Shown here one piece after another: positions 28,228-37,167 of a stretch of 64,000 bases of DNA. The stretch is taken from NCBI GenBank assembly GCA_977020255.1, contig CDROCS010006344.1, positions 1 through 64,000 of the forward strand, given 5' to 3'. The notes beneath the pieces are model-generated. The model did no database searches. It was not told where the DNA came from and saw only the letters and a list, made by a program, of their open reading frames with translations. This DNA comes from Obrimoposthia wandeli (taxonomy: Eukaryota). Positions within the stretch are counted from its first letter, which is position 1, and every line of letters begins with the position of its first letter. The translations under genes and the position numbers were made by a program.

Positions 28228-30633
28228 TTATGGGCTTTTCTTCTCTGGTTGCTTATAATTACTCACTAAGAAATGATGCAGTTGTGGAAGCGTCAGTGGG
28301 CGGCTTAACAAATACCCTTGGCCATCATCACAATTGTTTTCACGTAAGAAATCTAGCTGTTCTTTCGTTTCAATGCCTTCGGCAACGACTTTCATACTCA
28401 GTTTGTGTGCCATCGCGATAACAGCGGAGGTGATTGCCATATCGGTTTTATCTTCAGGGATATCTTTAACAAAAGAGCGATCTACTTTTAACACGTCGAT
28501 GGGAAAGCGTTTTAAATAGGCTAAAGACGAATAACCAGTACCAAAATCATCGATGGCTAAATGAATGCCCTTACTCTTGATCGTCTCCATAATGTTAATG
28601 GCGGCTTCTACATCATCCATAATGATACTTTCTGTGATCTCCAGCTCTAAGTTGAGAGGATCAATTTTTGATTGAACAAGAATGTTCAAAACCGTTTGCA
28701 AGAGATCGGGGTCTGAAAATTGTTTGGCTGATAAGTTAACCGCAACTTTTGAATCATGCGGCATCAACCCTTCTCGAATAAGAGAACCCATCTCATGGCA
28801 GCTATGCTCAAGAACCCAGGCGCCGATCTTAATGATCTGCCCTGTTTCTTCCGCGATTGGTATGAAATCATCAGGGGGAATCATGCCTTTTTCTGGATGT
28901 CTCCAGCGGACGAGTGACTCAACTCCGGTGATTTTGTTATCTGCAATACGAATCTTCGGCTGGTACATCAATACAAATTGATTGCGTTTAATGGCAAGGT
29001 TGAGCTCTTTTTCAATCTCTAGATTATGCAAAATGGCGGTATTCATATCTTCAGAGAAAAATTGGAAATTATTTCGTCCAAGTTCTTTCGCACGATACAT
29101 TGCGAGATCGGCATTTTTCATCAAAGTATTAGGTTCGATGGAATCTTCAGGTGTCATCGTAATGCCGATACTTACGGTGCTAATGATGTCCTGCCCGTTG
29201 AGCATAAAGGGGCGAGAAAGAGAGTGTAGGATCTTTTCAGCAACGATTTGTACGTCTTTGGTATTATTAACATCCGTTAATAAAATAGTGAACTCATCCC
29301 CGCCAATACGAGAAACAGTATCGTTTTCTCTTACATTATGATCAAGACGACGTGCTATTTCTTGTAATAATGAATCCCCTACGTCATGGCCGAGGGTATC
29401 GTTGATACGCTTGAATTGGTCTAAATCTAAGAAGAGTAAGGCGATGGATTTGTCACTTCTTTGTACACTCTTTACGGCTTTAGCGAGTCTGTTCTTAAAT
29501 AATCGGCGGTTAGCGAGCCCCGTTAGTGGGTCATAAAAAGCAAGATTTTCCATTTGGATTTGAGCTTTTTTAAGTTCTGATATGTCAGAAACTGAGCCTA
29601 GAAAACCTAACAGCTTACCCTCTTTTGAATGCAATGATGTTGCTTGGATATAGACCCATGAAATACTGCCATTTTTAGCAATCAGCCGTACTTCGTTAGC
29701 CATGTCTTCATGTTCTGTGACTAAACGATGCCAAAGTTTATTAAGTGCGGGTGCATCTTCGGGGTGTAAGTTTGAGAACCAAGCTTGTAGATCGGGATCT
29801 TGATGCTTGATGTTATTAATTTCACGCCAGCGTTGATTCACATAAATGATTTCGCCTTCAGGATTAATTTGAAATATGCCGACAGGCGATAAGGAGGTTA
29901 ATTTTCTAAACTTCTCTTCGCTGCTCTTTAGCGAGCTATGTTCATTCTCAATCTTACTCAATAACTCATTAAAAATATCCGAGAGGTGGCCCAGCTCATC
30001 GTCGTGCTGCTTGTTTGCTCGAATGGAAAAGTCATTACGCTGAATGATGTTGCTAATCGTCGCGGCGAGAAGTCTTAGCGGGCTAGTAACAATACGCTGC
30101 AATTTCGTCGCGAGTAACAGTGCAATGATAATGGTACTTAAGAGAATAAAAGCAGCAAAGAAACTGACTTGCTTGAAACGATTCATGATGTCGCCATCGT
30201 GGCACGCAATATAAAGGGTTCCAATGACCTGGTCGTCGAGTGTTATAGGGAAATATTGCTCTACGTAAGATGATTCGTTTGTTTTTAGTATCGCCATCAT
30301 TTGGGGGCAACTATTTAGCGATGCTTGCGTTAAGTTACTTGCGGCGAGCACTTGTTCATCATCATAGATGCAAGATTTAATCACACTGCTATCTGAGTCT
30401 AGTGAGGCTAGGTTCTTGCGTAGTAGCGTTTCATCGCTAAATACGAGCGCTGCGGATGAGCGTTCAGCGATTACCTGGCCGATCACTGAAAGTTTTTTAT
30501 TGAGATCTTGATGGCCAAAATACAATTCTAATGATAAAAAAGCGGCGGTCGTGATTAATAGTATTAGGGTGCTTGTAGTGACTGCGATGATCACTAATTT
30601 TGTGCGAATAGTGTGGGCATGTAATAGTTTCAT
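28228..30633 (-). CDS. Membrane c-di-GMP enzyme: periplasmic sensor (CHASE8-like)-HAMP-PAS-GGDEF-EAL
   Basis: Two TM helices, HAMP (DDELGHL), PAS (HPED), intact GGDEF, EAL-type ESL with DDFGTGYSSL and EGIE. Confidence 0.92.
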   Translation of the reverse strand: MKLLHAHTIRTKLVIIAVTTSTLILLITTAAFLSLELYFGHQDLNKKLSVIGQVIAERSSAALVFSDETLLRKNLASLDSDSSVIKSCIYDDEQVLAASNLTQASLNSCPQMMAILKTNESSYVEQYFPITLDDQVIGTLYIACHDGDIMNRFKQVSFFAAFILLSTIIIALLLATKLQRIVTSPLRLLAATISNIIQRNDFSIRANKQHDDELGHLSDIFNELLSKIENEHSSLKSSEEKFRKLTSLSPVGIFQINPEGEIIYVNQRWREINNIKHQDPDLQAWFSNLHPEDAPALNKLWHRLVTEHEDMANEVRLIAKNGSISWVYIQATSLHSKEGKLLGFLGSVSDISELKKAQIQMENLAFYDPLTGLANRRLFKNRLAKAVKSVQRSDKSIALLFLDLDQFKRINDTLGHDVGDSLLQEIARRLDHNVRENDTVSRIGGDEFTILLTDVNNTKDVQIVAEKILHSLSRPFMLNGQDIISTVSIGITMTPEDSIEPNTLMKNADLAMYRAKELGRNNFQFFSEDMNTAILHNLEIEKELNLAIKRNQFVLMYQPKIRIADNKITGVESLVRWRHPEKGMIPPDDFIPIAEETGQIIKIGAWVLEHSCHEMGSLIREGLMPHDSKVAVNLSAKQFSDPDLLQTVLNILVQSKIDPLNLELEITESIIMDDVEAAINIMETIKSKGIHLAIDDFGTGYSSLAYLKRFPIDVLKVDRSFVKDIPEDKTDMAITSAVIAMAHKLSMKVVAEGIETKEQLDFLRENNCDDGQGYLLSRPLTLPQLHHFLVSNYKQPEKKSP

Positions 30634-31181
30634 TTATTAATATGCCCTTGGCTATAAACAGATGATGCAAGTTCAATTAGATTTGCATTGATATTGAGTT
30701 TCGCTTCAGTTGCTGTTTGAGTATTAATTTTTATATCAACTTTTTCTTCATCTAAATTGAGTTCAATAATTCCGCCATCCTTAGCAAAATTTTTCTTCTC
30801 ACCTATGGTAAGAATATTGTTGGAAACTAATAAATAGTAGTTTTTCTTAATAACGCTATTAGGGATGCGTTTATGAATAAACAAGATATGGCACTCAGAT
30901 AATTGACTGTCTTGATTGATAATGCGCAGATTAATATCTCGGTATTGACTTTTACGTAACTTGATTTTTCCCCAAGAATCTCGCGAAGGGGTCGTTGCAA
31001 ATAAGCATAATTCTATCGGTGTAAATTGAGCTAAAGAATTCACAGGCCATTTAATAAATTTAGTCAATTGCAGAACATAATCAATTTTACGAGAATTTTT
31101 CTCTGGGTGCTCGCTTGCCTCAGCCATAAAAGCAGACATGAAAATGGGGATGAAAATGAATCGAAAGGTATTTGAAGCCAT
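30630..31181 (-). CDS. YfiR/HmsC (DUF4154) family periplasmic protein
   Basis: KIDYVLQLTKFIKWP, CHILFI, LTIGE-x2-FAKDGGII and INTQTA-x2-AKLNINANLIELA; 4-bp overlap with the c-di-GMP gene. Confidence 0.85.
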   Translation of the reverse strand: MASNTFRFIFIPIFMSAFMAEASEHPEKNSRKIDYVLQLTKFIKWPVNSLAQFTPIELCLFATTPSRDSWGKIKLRKSQYRDINLRIINQDSQLSECHILFIHKRIPNSVIKKNYYLLVSNNILTIGEKKNFAKDGGIIELNLDEEKVDIKINTQTATEAKLNINANLIELASSVYSQGHINK

Positions 31182-31279
31182 ATTCGTGCTATATCACACT
31201 CCATAGGAGAAACAACTGAATAGTATAGAGTTTAGCTGCTTTATTGTTGAATAGGAGGGTCTCTCCTAAAAATAGGCAT

Positions 31280-31306
31280 AAAAAAACCCCGCGATGAAGG
31301 CGAGGT
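31280..31306 (-). terminator. Terminator after the mlaC-like gene
   Basis: Minus strand ACCTCGC-CTTCATC-GCGGGGT followed by a T-tract. Confidence 0.7.
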
Positions 31307-31344
31307 AAAGGAAGAGCTATTGAAATGTTTGGTTTCTGTCTAAT

Positions 31345-31944
31345 TTAGCGTTGAGCCGTTTGTACCTTGCCACGCATTCCCGTAATAATTTCATCTAAGC
31401 TTTTACTTTGAAGCTGTGCACTAAGTTGCTGACGGTAAGTCTTTACCATTCCTAAACCGGCGATAACAGCATCGTATATTTTCCAATCTTGTTGCTTGTT
31501 TACGTATAGCTTAAAGTCGATAGGGATACGTTGTCCGCTCGGCTGGATCATGTGTCCTTTAACGATGGCCTTTTTACCCGTTTTGTTATATTTAGCCGCT
31601 TTAAACTCAAAGTCTTGACCGTCAAAGGCTTTAAAAGCGCCCGTATAGGTGCGAATTTGTAAATCACGAAAGGTTTCAATGAAAGCAATTTTCTGCCCTT
31701 TAGACGCTTTTTTCCAATGTTTGCCCAAGGCTAATTTTGCAATACGCTGTTGGTCAATGGCTGGAAGTATGTAGCTTTCAACTAAACGTTGTACTTCAAG
31801 AGAGTTACGCTTGTCAGCGGGCATCTTTTGCAGCTCAGTAATAATAGATTGAGTGGCGAACTGAACCGTTTGGGTTGGATCAGAGCTATGAGCAAGGTTA
31901 GTGAAGCCCAAGAAAGCGATCAATAAGGTTGCGATGAATTTCAT
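31345..31944 (-). CDS. MlaC/Ttg2D-family phospholipid-binding periplasmic protein (orphan)
   Basis: LALGKHWKKAS, IPIDFKL and WKIYDAVIAGLGMVKTYRQQ motifs. Start placed at 31944 (RBS GGGG). Confidence 0.85.
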   Translation of the reverse strand: MKFIATLLIAFLGFTNLAHSSDPTQTVQFATQSIITELQKMPADKRNSLEVQRLVESYILPAIDQQRIAKLALGKHWKKASKGQKIAFIETFRDLQIRTYTGAFKAFDGQDFEFKAAKYNKTGKKAIVKGHMIQPSGQRIPIDFKLYVNKQQDWKIYDAVIAGLGMVKTYRQQLSAQLQSKSLDEIITGMRGKVQTAQR

Positions 31945-32090
31945 GCTTTTCCCCTTTCTATTTAAATGAAGTTTAGCAGCTAATGAAGCTGGTAGCTCAA
32001 AGTGTGAAGAGAGTATGGCTGAAGAGTGCGACAAGTTTTAGAGGGAGAAAAGACAATTGATTGTTCCTTGAGGGGAACAATCGGGAGGAA

Positions 32091-32507
32091 CTATCTTGGA
32101 TTACGCTTAAAAGCGTCATCTTTCGTGATAAAATCTCTATTTATCAATGCGTTAGCCAGCTCAGGAGGAACATCTTTCGCAACGAGCGTATAGCCCTGTT
32201 TATCAGCCCAAGTGCGAATGTGGTGCATCATCTGATGTGCTACCCCACGATTGACGGTGACCTTTCGAACACAAAAGTCTGATAGGTAAATCGTATCACC
32301 CTCTTTTCTGGCCTTTAGTGCACCTAATAGACGCGCATTGAAGCGCCCTGCGATAAACCAAATGTCTTGATCTAATAGGTTCTGCAAGCTGCTTTTAATG
32401 TCCGAGGTATTTTCTAACCATTCCTGTGGGGCATCAGCGTAGATTTTGCCCAGATCAATCCAGTCTTGCTCTGTTGGCTGGGTAATATGTTCTAGAAGTA
32501 CTGGCAT
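32091..32507 (-). CDS. PanM/PanZ-family acetyl-CoA sensor (GNAT)
   Basis: QDWIDLGKIY, AGRFNARLLGA and LSDFCVRKVTVNRGVA motifs; divergent from hisB. Confidence 0.8.
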   Translation of the reverse strand: MPVLLEHITQPTEQDWIDLGKIYADAPQEWLENTSDIKSSLQNLLDQDIWFIAGRFNARLLGALKARKEGDTIYLSDFCVRKVTVNRGVAHQMMHHIRTWADKQGYTLVAKDVPPELANALINRDFITKDDAFKRNPR

Positions 32508-32528
32508 AAGGCTCTCTATTTTCGTCGC

Positions 32529-32576
32529 TTATTGGTAGGCGCGTTTATTAGTAGGCGCTTTTATTGGTAGTCGCTT
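32529..32576 (+). repeat. Three tandem copies of a 16-bp unit in the panZ-hisB divergent promoter
   Basis: TTATTGGTAGGCGCGT / TTATTAGTAGGCGCTT / TTATTGGTAGTCGCTT at 32529, 32545 and 32561. Confidence 0.85.
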
Positions 32577-32632
32577 AGCTTTGCTTTATAATGACTTTTT
32601 CCCCGTTTGGCGAGATCTTTTTGGAGTCTTCC

Positions 32633-33232
32633 ATGGCAGATGCCAGCCGCAAGGCGATTGTAGAGCGTAATACCTCAGAAACAAAAATTAAAGTCAGCAT
32701 CAATCTTGATGGTACTGGCGAAGCAAAATTCGATACCGGTGTGCCATTTTTAGAACACATGATGGATCAAATCGCCCGTCACGGCATGATTGATCTGGAT
32801 GTTTATTGTGATGGCGATACTCACATCGATGATCACCATACGGTAGAAGATATTGGCATTACCTTAGGCCAGGCTTTTGCTAAAGCCGTTGGCGATAAGC
32901 GTGGCATCGTTCGTTATGGTCATTCTTATGTGCCGTTGGACGAAGCTTTGTCTCGCGTTGTGATCGATTTTTCCGGTCGTCCGAGCTTAGATTTTAAATG
33001 TGATTTCACTCGTGGCAATATTGGCCGTTTTGATACACAGCTTTTTTGGGAGTTTTTCCATGGCTTTGTGAATCATGCGGGTGTGAGTATGCATATTGAT
33101 AACCTAAAGGGTTTCAATGCTCATCACCAAGCGGAAACTATCTTTAAAGCCTTTGGCCGTGCTTTACGTATGGCGCTAGAGCATGACCCACGAATGGCAG
33201 GAAAAATGCCATCGACTAAGGGTGTTCTATAG
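32633..33232 (+). CDS. hisB: Imidazoleglycerol-phosphate dehydratase
   Basis: [24 protein letters not shown] and [16 protein letters not shown]. Start placed at 32633 (GGAG RBS). Confidence 0.97.
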   Translation: MADASRKAIVERNTSETKIKVSINLDGTGEAKFDTGVPFLEHMMDQIARHGMIDLDVYCDGDTHIDDHHTVEDIGITLGQAFAKAVGDKRGIVRYGHSYVPLDEALSRVVIDFSGRPSLDFKCDFTRGNIGRFDTQLFWEFFHGFVNHAGVSMHIDNLKGFNAHHQAETIFKAFGRALRMALEHDPRMAGKMPSTKGVL

Positions 33233-33235
33233 TCC

Positions 33236-33907
33236 ATGAGCAAAGTAATCAGTAAAACCTGTGCGGTAATCGATTACGGCATGGGTAATTTGCACAGTGC
33301 TCATGGCGCGTTGCAAAAGGTTGCGCCTAATTGCAATATCTTGGTGACCTCGGATCCTGCGGTGATTTTAGCCGCCGATCACGTAGTGCTGCCAGGTGTT
33401 GGCGCTATTCGTGATTGCATGGGTGAAATTCGTGCGCGCGAGATTGATCAAGTTGTCGCTGAAGTGGCTAAAACAAAACCCTTATTAGGTATTTGTGTTG
33501 GTCTACAGGCGATGATGACGCGTTCTGAAGAGAACGGCGGCATTGATTGCATGAACATGTTCCAAGGCCAAGTACAGTATTTTGGTGACAAGCTATTAGG
33601 TGACGAGCAATTAGACGGCACCAGCGGCCGCTTAAAAGTACCTCACATGGGTTGGAATCAGGTTGAGCAAGTTGCTCACCCGTTATGGCAAGATATTAAA
33701 GACCAGAGTCGTTTTTATTTTGTGCATTCTTATTTTGTTAGCGCTGATGATCAGAGCCAAGTTAAAGGCCTTTGTCATTACGGTAAGCCGTTCGCGGCGG
33801 CCATGGGGCAAGACAATATCTTTGCGGTGCAGTTTCACCCAGAGAAGAGTCACAAGAACGGCCTGCAGTTATTGCAGAACTTTTTAAGCTGGGATGGTCA
33901 GGCTTAA
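33236..33907 (+). CDS. hisH: Imidazole glycerol phosphate synthase, glutaminase subunit
   Basis: [28 protein letters not shown] and QFHPEKS. Confidence 0.97.
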   Translation: MSKVISKTCAVIDYGMGNLHSAHGALQKVAPNCNILVTSDPAVILAADHVVLPGVGAIRDCMGEIRAREIDQVVAEVAKTKPLLGICVGLQAMMTRSEENGGIDCMNMFQGQVQYFGDKLLGDEQLDGTSGRLKVPHMGWNQVEQVAHPLWQDIKDQSRFYFVHSYFVSADDQSQVKGLCHYGKPFAAAMGQDNIFAVQFHPEKSHKNGLQLLQNFLSWDGQA

Positions 33908-33921
33908 GCAAATAATGCTAG

Positions 33922-34052
33922 TAAGCTAATGCAGTATTATTGAGTGTTTGTGTAGCGCATGTGTGAGGCAGGAGCCGAGCCCAAGCCTACAGGGATCGTA
34001 TTCACGGCGTTGCGTGGAATAAATACTCAATCATGCTGCTTTCTTAGCTTGC
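33922..34052. repeat. Palindromic MITE/REP-like element
   Basis: Imperfect ~30-bp terminal inverted arms (AAGCTAA...GCAGTATTATTGAGTGTTT / AAATACTCAATCATGCTGC...TTAGCTT) around a GC-rich core GGCAGGAGCCGAGCCCAAGCCTACAGGGATCGTATTCACGGCG. Confidence 0.6.
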
Positions 34053-34077
34053 GAATCAATTAATTCGGTAAATAGTT

Positions 34078-34866
34078 ATGGCATTAGCAAAACGTATTAT
34101 CCCTTGTCTCGATGTCGATCAAGGTCGTGTCGTGAAGGGCGTTAACTTTGTCGGTATTCGTGATGCGGGTGACCCAGTTGAGGTTGCCAAGCGTTATGAC
34201 GAGCAAGGCGCCGACGAGATTACCTTTCTTGATATTACCGCGACTGTCGAGGCTCGCGGTACTACGGTAAAGATGGTAGAAGCGATTGCTGAGCACGTTT
34301 TTATTCCACTGACAGTTGGTGGTGGTATTCGTGAAATTGAAGATATTCGTCGCATGTTAAATGCGGGCGCGGATAAAGTATCGATCAACTCTGCGGCAGT
34401 AACCAATCCTGAATTTGTCCGTGAAGCTTCCGAGAAATTTGGCGCTCAATGCATTGTTGTTGCCATTGATGCAAAACGTGTTGCCGGTTCGGGTGAACTT
34501 GGCGATGTGGATAACAAGTGGGAGATTTTTACCCACGGTGGCCGTAAGCCAACCGGTATTGATGCGGTTGAGTGGGCGATTAAAATGGCTGACTACGGCG
34601 CAGGTGAAATACTGCTAACCAGTATGGATCGTGATGGCGTTAAAACCGGATTTGATTTGGGTGTTACTCGTGCGGTAAGTGATGCGGTGAATATTCCTGT
34701 TATTGCTTCTGGCGGAGTCGGTAATCTAGAGCACTTAGCTGAAGGCGTGACGCTAGGCCATGCGGATGCTGTATTAGCGGCGAGTATTTTTCACTTTGGT
34801 GAGTATACGGTGCAGGAAGCTAAGCAGCACATGAGTGACGCTGGTATTGTGATGCGCTTGGATTAG
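34078..34866 (+). CDS. hisF: Imidazole glycerol phosphate synthase, cyclase subunit
   Basis: RIIPCLDV-x2-[35 protein letters not shown] and ASIFHF. Confidence 0.98.
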   Translation: MALAKRIIPCLDVDQGRVVKGVNFVGIRDAGDPVEVAKRYDEQGADEITFLDITATVEARGTTVKMVEAIAEHVFIPLTVGGGIREIEDIRRMLNAGADKVSINSAAVTNPEFVREASEKFGAQCIVVAIDAKRVAGSGELGDVDNKWEIFTHGGRKPTGIDAVEWAIKMADYGAGEILLTSMDRDGVKTGFDLGVTRAVSDAVNIPVIASGGVGNLEHLAEGVTLGHADAVLAASIFHFGEYTVQEAKQHMSDAGIVMRLD

Positions 34867-34909
34867 AGGTCTTCTTACTTTTCCTGTTAAAAATAAGAAT
34901 GCATTGTAG

Positions 34910-34946
34910 AAGCCCTGAATTTCAGAAATGAGGTCAGGGCTTTTTT
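34910..34946 (+). terminator. Terminator after hisF
   Basis: AAGCCCTGA...TCAGGGCTT followed by a T-tract. Confidence 0.8.
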
Positions 34947-34992
34947 GTTTTTACGGCAATCGTTCTCATACCGATGTTATCGACAGTTTAAT

Positions 34993-35793
34993 TTAAGCCA
35001 GTAACCTCAACGTATCCTCTGCACTCGCATTAGCCTGACTCTGCACAGCCAGCTGTGCTTGCTGTTTTACTTTATCAATAACCAGCTGACTTACCAGTTC
35101 GGCAATATCAGTATCTTCAATGCGGCTTCGAGCGGACTCCGTTTGAATCTCTTCACTGGAGAGCTTATCAATACTGCTATCAATACGATTGCTCACTGCG
35201 CCCAACTCTGAGCGACGCTCTGTAACTTGTTGCTGAACACTTTCTAGCGCAGCCAGATTGTTCGAGGGATCTTCGCTAGAAAAATCGAGTTGATCTAATC
35301 CTTCTTTAATCGGGTCGGCCGTCACATTGGCTGTGAGTGCTACGACATCGCCAGACTTATCCCCAAGTTGAAAGTTCAGATCTCGATTATTATCCGCAGC
35401 TTGAAATAGGCTTTTATCATTAAAGCTACTTTGTTCAATAACTTGGTTTATTTGCTCTGTGATTTGAGACGCTTCTTTATTCAAAGCTGCGCGATCAGAA
35501 TCATTCAGTATGCCATTACCTTGCTGTACGGATAATTCTTGCAAGCGCTGTATGCCAGAAGATATTTGCGCTAATGCGCCGTCTTCTGTTTCGATTAGAG
35601 ATTTAGCATCTAAGCCATTACGTTGCGCTTGTTGAGTACCCGATACTTGGCTGGAAAAGCGGGTGGCAATACTCAGGCCCGCAGCATCATCGGCAGCGCT
35701 ATTAATACGTTTACCGCTGCTAAGCTGGCTAAAGGACTTGTTTAAATCGCTGTTATTAGTAACGTAATTTTGGCTGGTATTAATGGAAGTCAT
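34993..35793 (-). CDS. Orphan minimal flagellin-like protein
   Basis: LSSGKRINSAADDAAGLSIA N-domain and RSELGAVSNRI...SARSRIEDTD C-domain; 266 aa with essentially no variable domain. Confidence 0.85.
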   Translation of the reverse strand: MTSINTSQNYVTNNSDLNKSFSQLSSGKRINSAADDAAGLSIATRFSSQVSGTQQAQRNGLDAKSLIETEDGALAQISSGIQRLQELSVQQGNGILNDSDRAALNKEASQITEQINQVIEQSSFNDKSLFQAADNNRDLNFQLGDKSGDVVALTANVTADPIKEGLDQLDFSSEDPSNNLAALESVQQQVTERRSELGAVSNRIDSSIDKLSSEEIQTESARSRIEDTDIAELVSQLVIDKVKQQAQLAVQSQANASAEDTLRLLA

Positions 35794-35835
35794 AAGTCTC
35801 CTTCACAGCTTGATGCAGCAGTTAACCAAGGTAAA

Positions 35836-35854
35836 TCGTAATTCTAGATTACGA
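35836..35854. promoter_or_regulatory. Palindromic putative operator upstream of the flagellin-like gene
   Basis: TCGTAAT-TCTAG-ATTACGA perfect inverted repeat, about 45-60 bp upstream of the ATG. Confidence 0.4.
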
Positions 35855-35916
35855 GTAGTCTTAATATAATACCGTGAAGCAAGCGCGGTTCTTGTTTGGT
35901 ATTTGTATCCTAGGGC

Positions 35917-36299
35917 CTAAATAGTCTTATAAGACAGGTTGGAGCTGCGACTCTTGATGAAATAAGCAACGAGACAAGCCCATAAAAAGCCTGCTAATAC
36001 ATCTGCTCCGTAATGGTAGCGTAAGTATAGCGTGATAATATTCCCAGCATGATTATATAATAAGACCAGCTGACTAATAGGGTTACCCAAGGTATCGCGG
36101 GGACAAAAGCGTAGGCAAAGTTCCACGGCATAGACCATAGATCATGTTTGGCAGCGCGACAGTATGCAGCGACAGTTGTTCAGGGATAAAATCCCCAGGG
36201 CCTTTGACTGGCATCAAAAATAACAGAAATAACACCCCCCACCAGAGTAAATAGTCTTATAAGATCACGGAACCTATGGAACAAATAAGCGCTTTCCAT
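35917..36299 (-). pseudogene. Degraded PAP2-superfamily (AUR1/PAP2_3-like) remnant
   Basis: The C-terminal frame encodes TLYLRYHYGADVLAG. An upstream frame gives LFLLFLMPVKGPG after a shift at a G6 run (36235-36240). Confidence 0.45.
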
Positions 36300-36312
36300 T
36301 AATAGATAGGGC

Positions 36313-37167
36313 TTAAATGTTTGAATGTAGGTTTTCAAGGTTGATCATCAAGGCATTGCTCTCGATAACTCGAATATTTTTATTATGTAGCTGATAGCGA
36401 TTAGGGCTGCGTTGAGTATGCTGTTTAAACCCTTGCCAAGCTTGTTGTAATAATAATTGAGAAGCAGGGATTAGCTCAATGCTTTGTTCCGCCAATTTAG
36501 GGATATGCTTGGCGAGAAAAGCATGGGACTCGGCATAAGGGTGACCAATTAGGATAGCGCGACCTGTTTTGTTCGCTATTCTTAGCGCTTTTTTCCATTG
36601 CCGAGTCAGTGCTTCTAAACTTTTATCATTATCTAAAAAAATATGTCGACGAAGGGCGGGTAATTGGTGCTTCAGTGCTTGTTGGTACGCCACCGAGTTT
36701 GGTGATGTGAGACTATCGACAAAATAGAGCTGCTTGCCTTGCAACGTTTCCATCACCCAGCGCATCGCTTGTGTATTTTGGGTTAGCGCACTGCCCATGT
36801 GATTATTGATGCCTTGTACATGAGGAATGGACTCTATGGCTTTTTTTAATGTTTGCTTAAACTCTGTCTCGGTTAATTTTTGAGTCAGTGCCCCAGGCCC
36901 AAGAGGCACCTTCAGAGTATTTTCCATCGGGGCGTGAAGAATGATTTCTTTATGCTGTAGGTATGCTTTATTCGCCAGTCTTTTTGCATAGGGCGTATGG
37001 GGTAGGAAGGCTAACGTTAGCGGACCTTCTAGCTCGACCATAGCATTGCCGTGGTCATAATTGTTACCAATGTCATCGATGATAATGACCAATTGAGCAC
37101 TATTAGCCTGAGGAAGGAAAACCAACCCCAAGCTAATCATCAGTATCTGAGACAAGCATTTAATCAT
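36313..37167 (-). CDS. Divergent polysaccharide deacetylase (YibQ family)
   Basis: LVIIIDDIG, LTLAFLP, LHAPME, GINNHMGS and ILIGHP; conserved position after ctpA. Confidence 0.92.
   Translation of the reverse strand: MIKCLSQILMISLGLVFLPQANSAQLVIIIDDIGNNYDHGNAMVELEGPLTLAFLPHTPYAKRLANKAYLQHKEIILHAPMENTLKVPLGPGALTQKLTETEFKQTLKKAIESIPHVQGINNHMGSALTQNTQAMRWVMETLQGKQLYFVDSLTSPNSVAYQQALKHQLPALRRHIFLDNDKSLEALTRQWKKALRIANKTGRAILIGHPYAESHAFLAKHIPKLAEQSIELIPASQLLLQQAWQGFKQHTQRSPNRYQLHNKNIRVIESNALMINLENLHSNI

Noticed and set aside
31345-31944. Orphan mlaC-like gene as a novel system
   Set aside because: Stand-alone MlaC paralogs are common, and nothing adjacent supports a new system.
32529-32576. Possible CRISPR array
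   Set aside because: The 16-bp units abut directly with no unique spacers, and no cas genes are present; kept only as a tandem repeat.
34950-35860. Sigma28 promoter for the flagellin-like gene
   Set aside because: No TAAA-N15-GCCGATAA match with correct spacing was found upstream on the minus strand.
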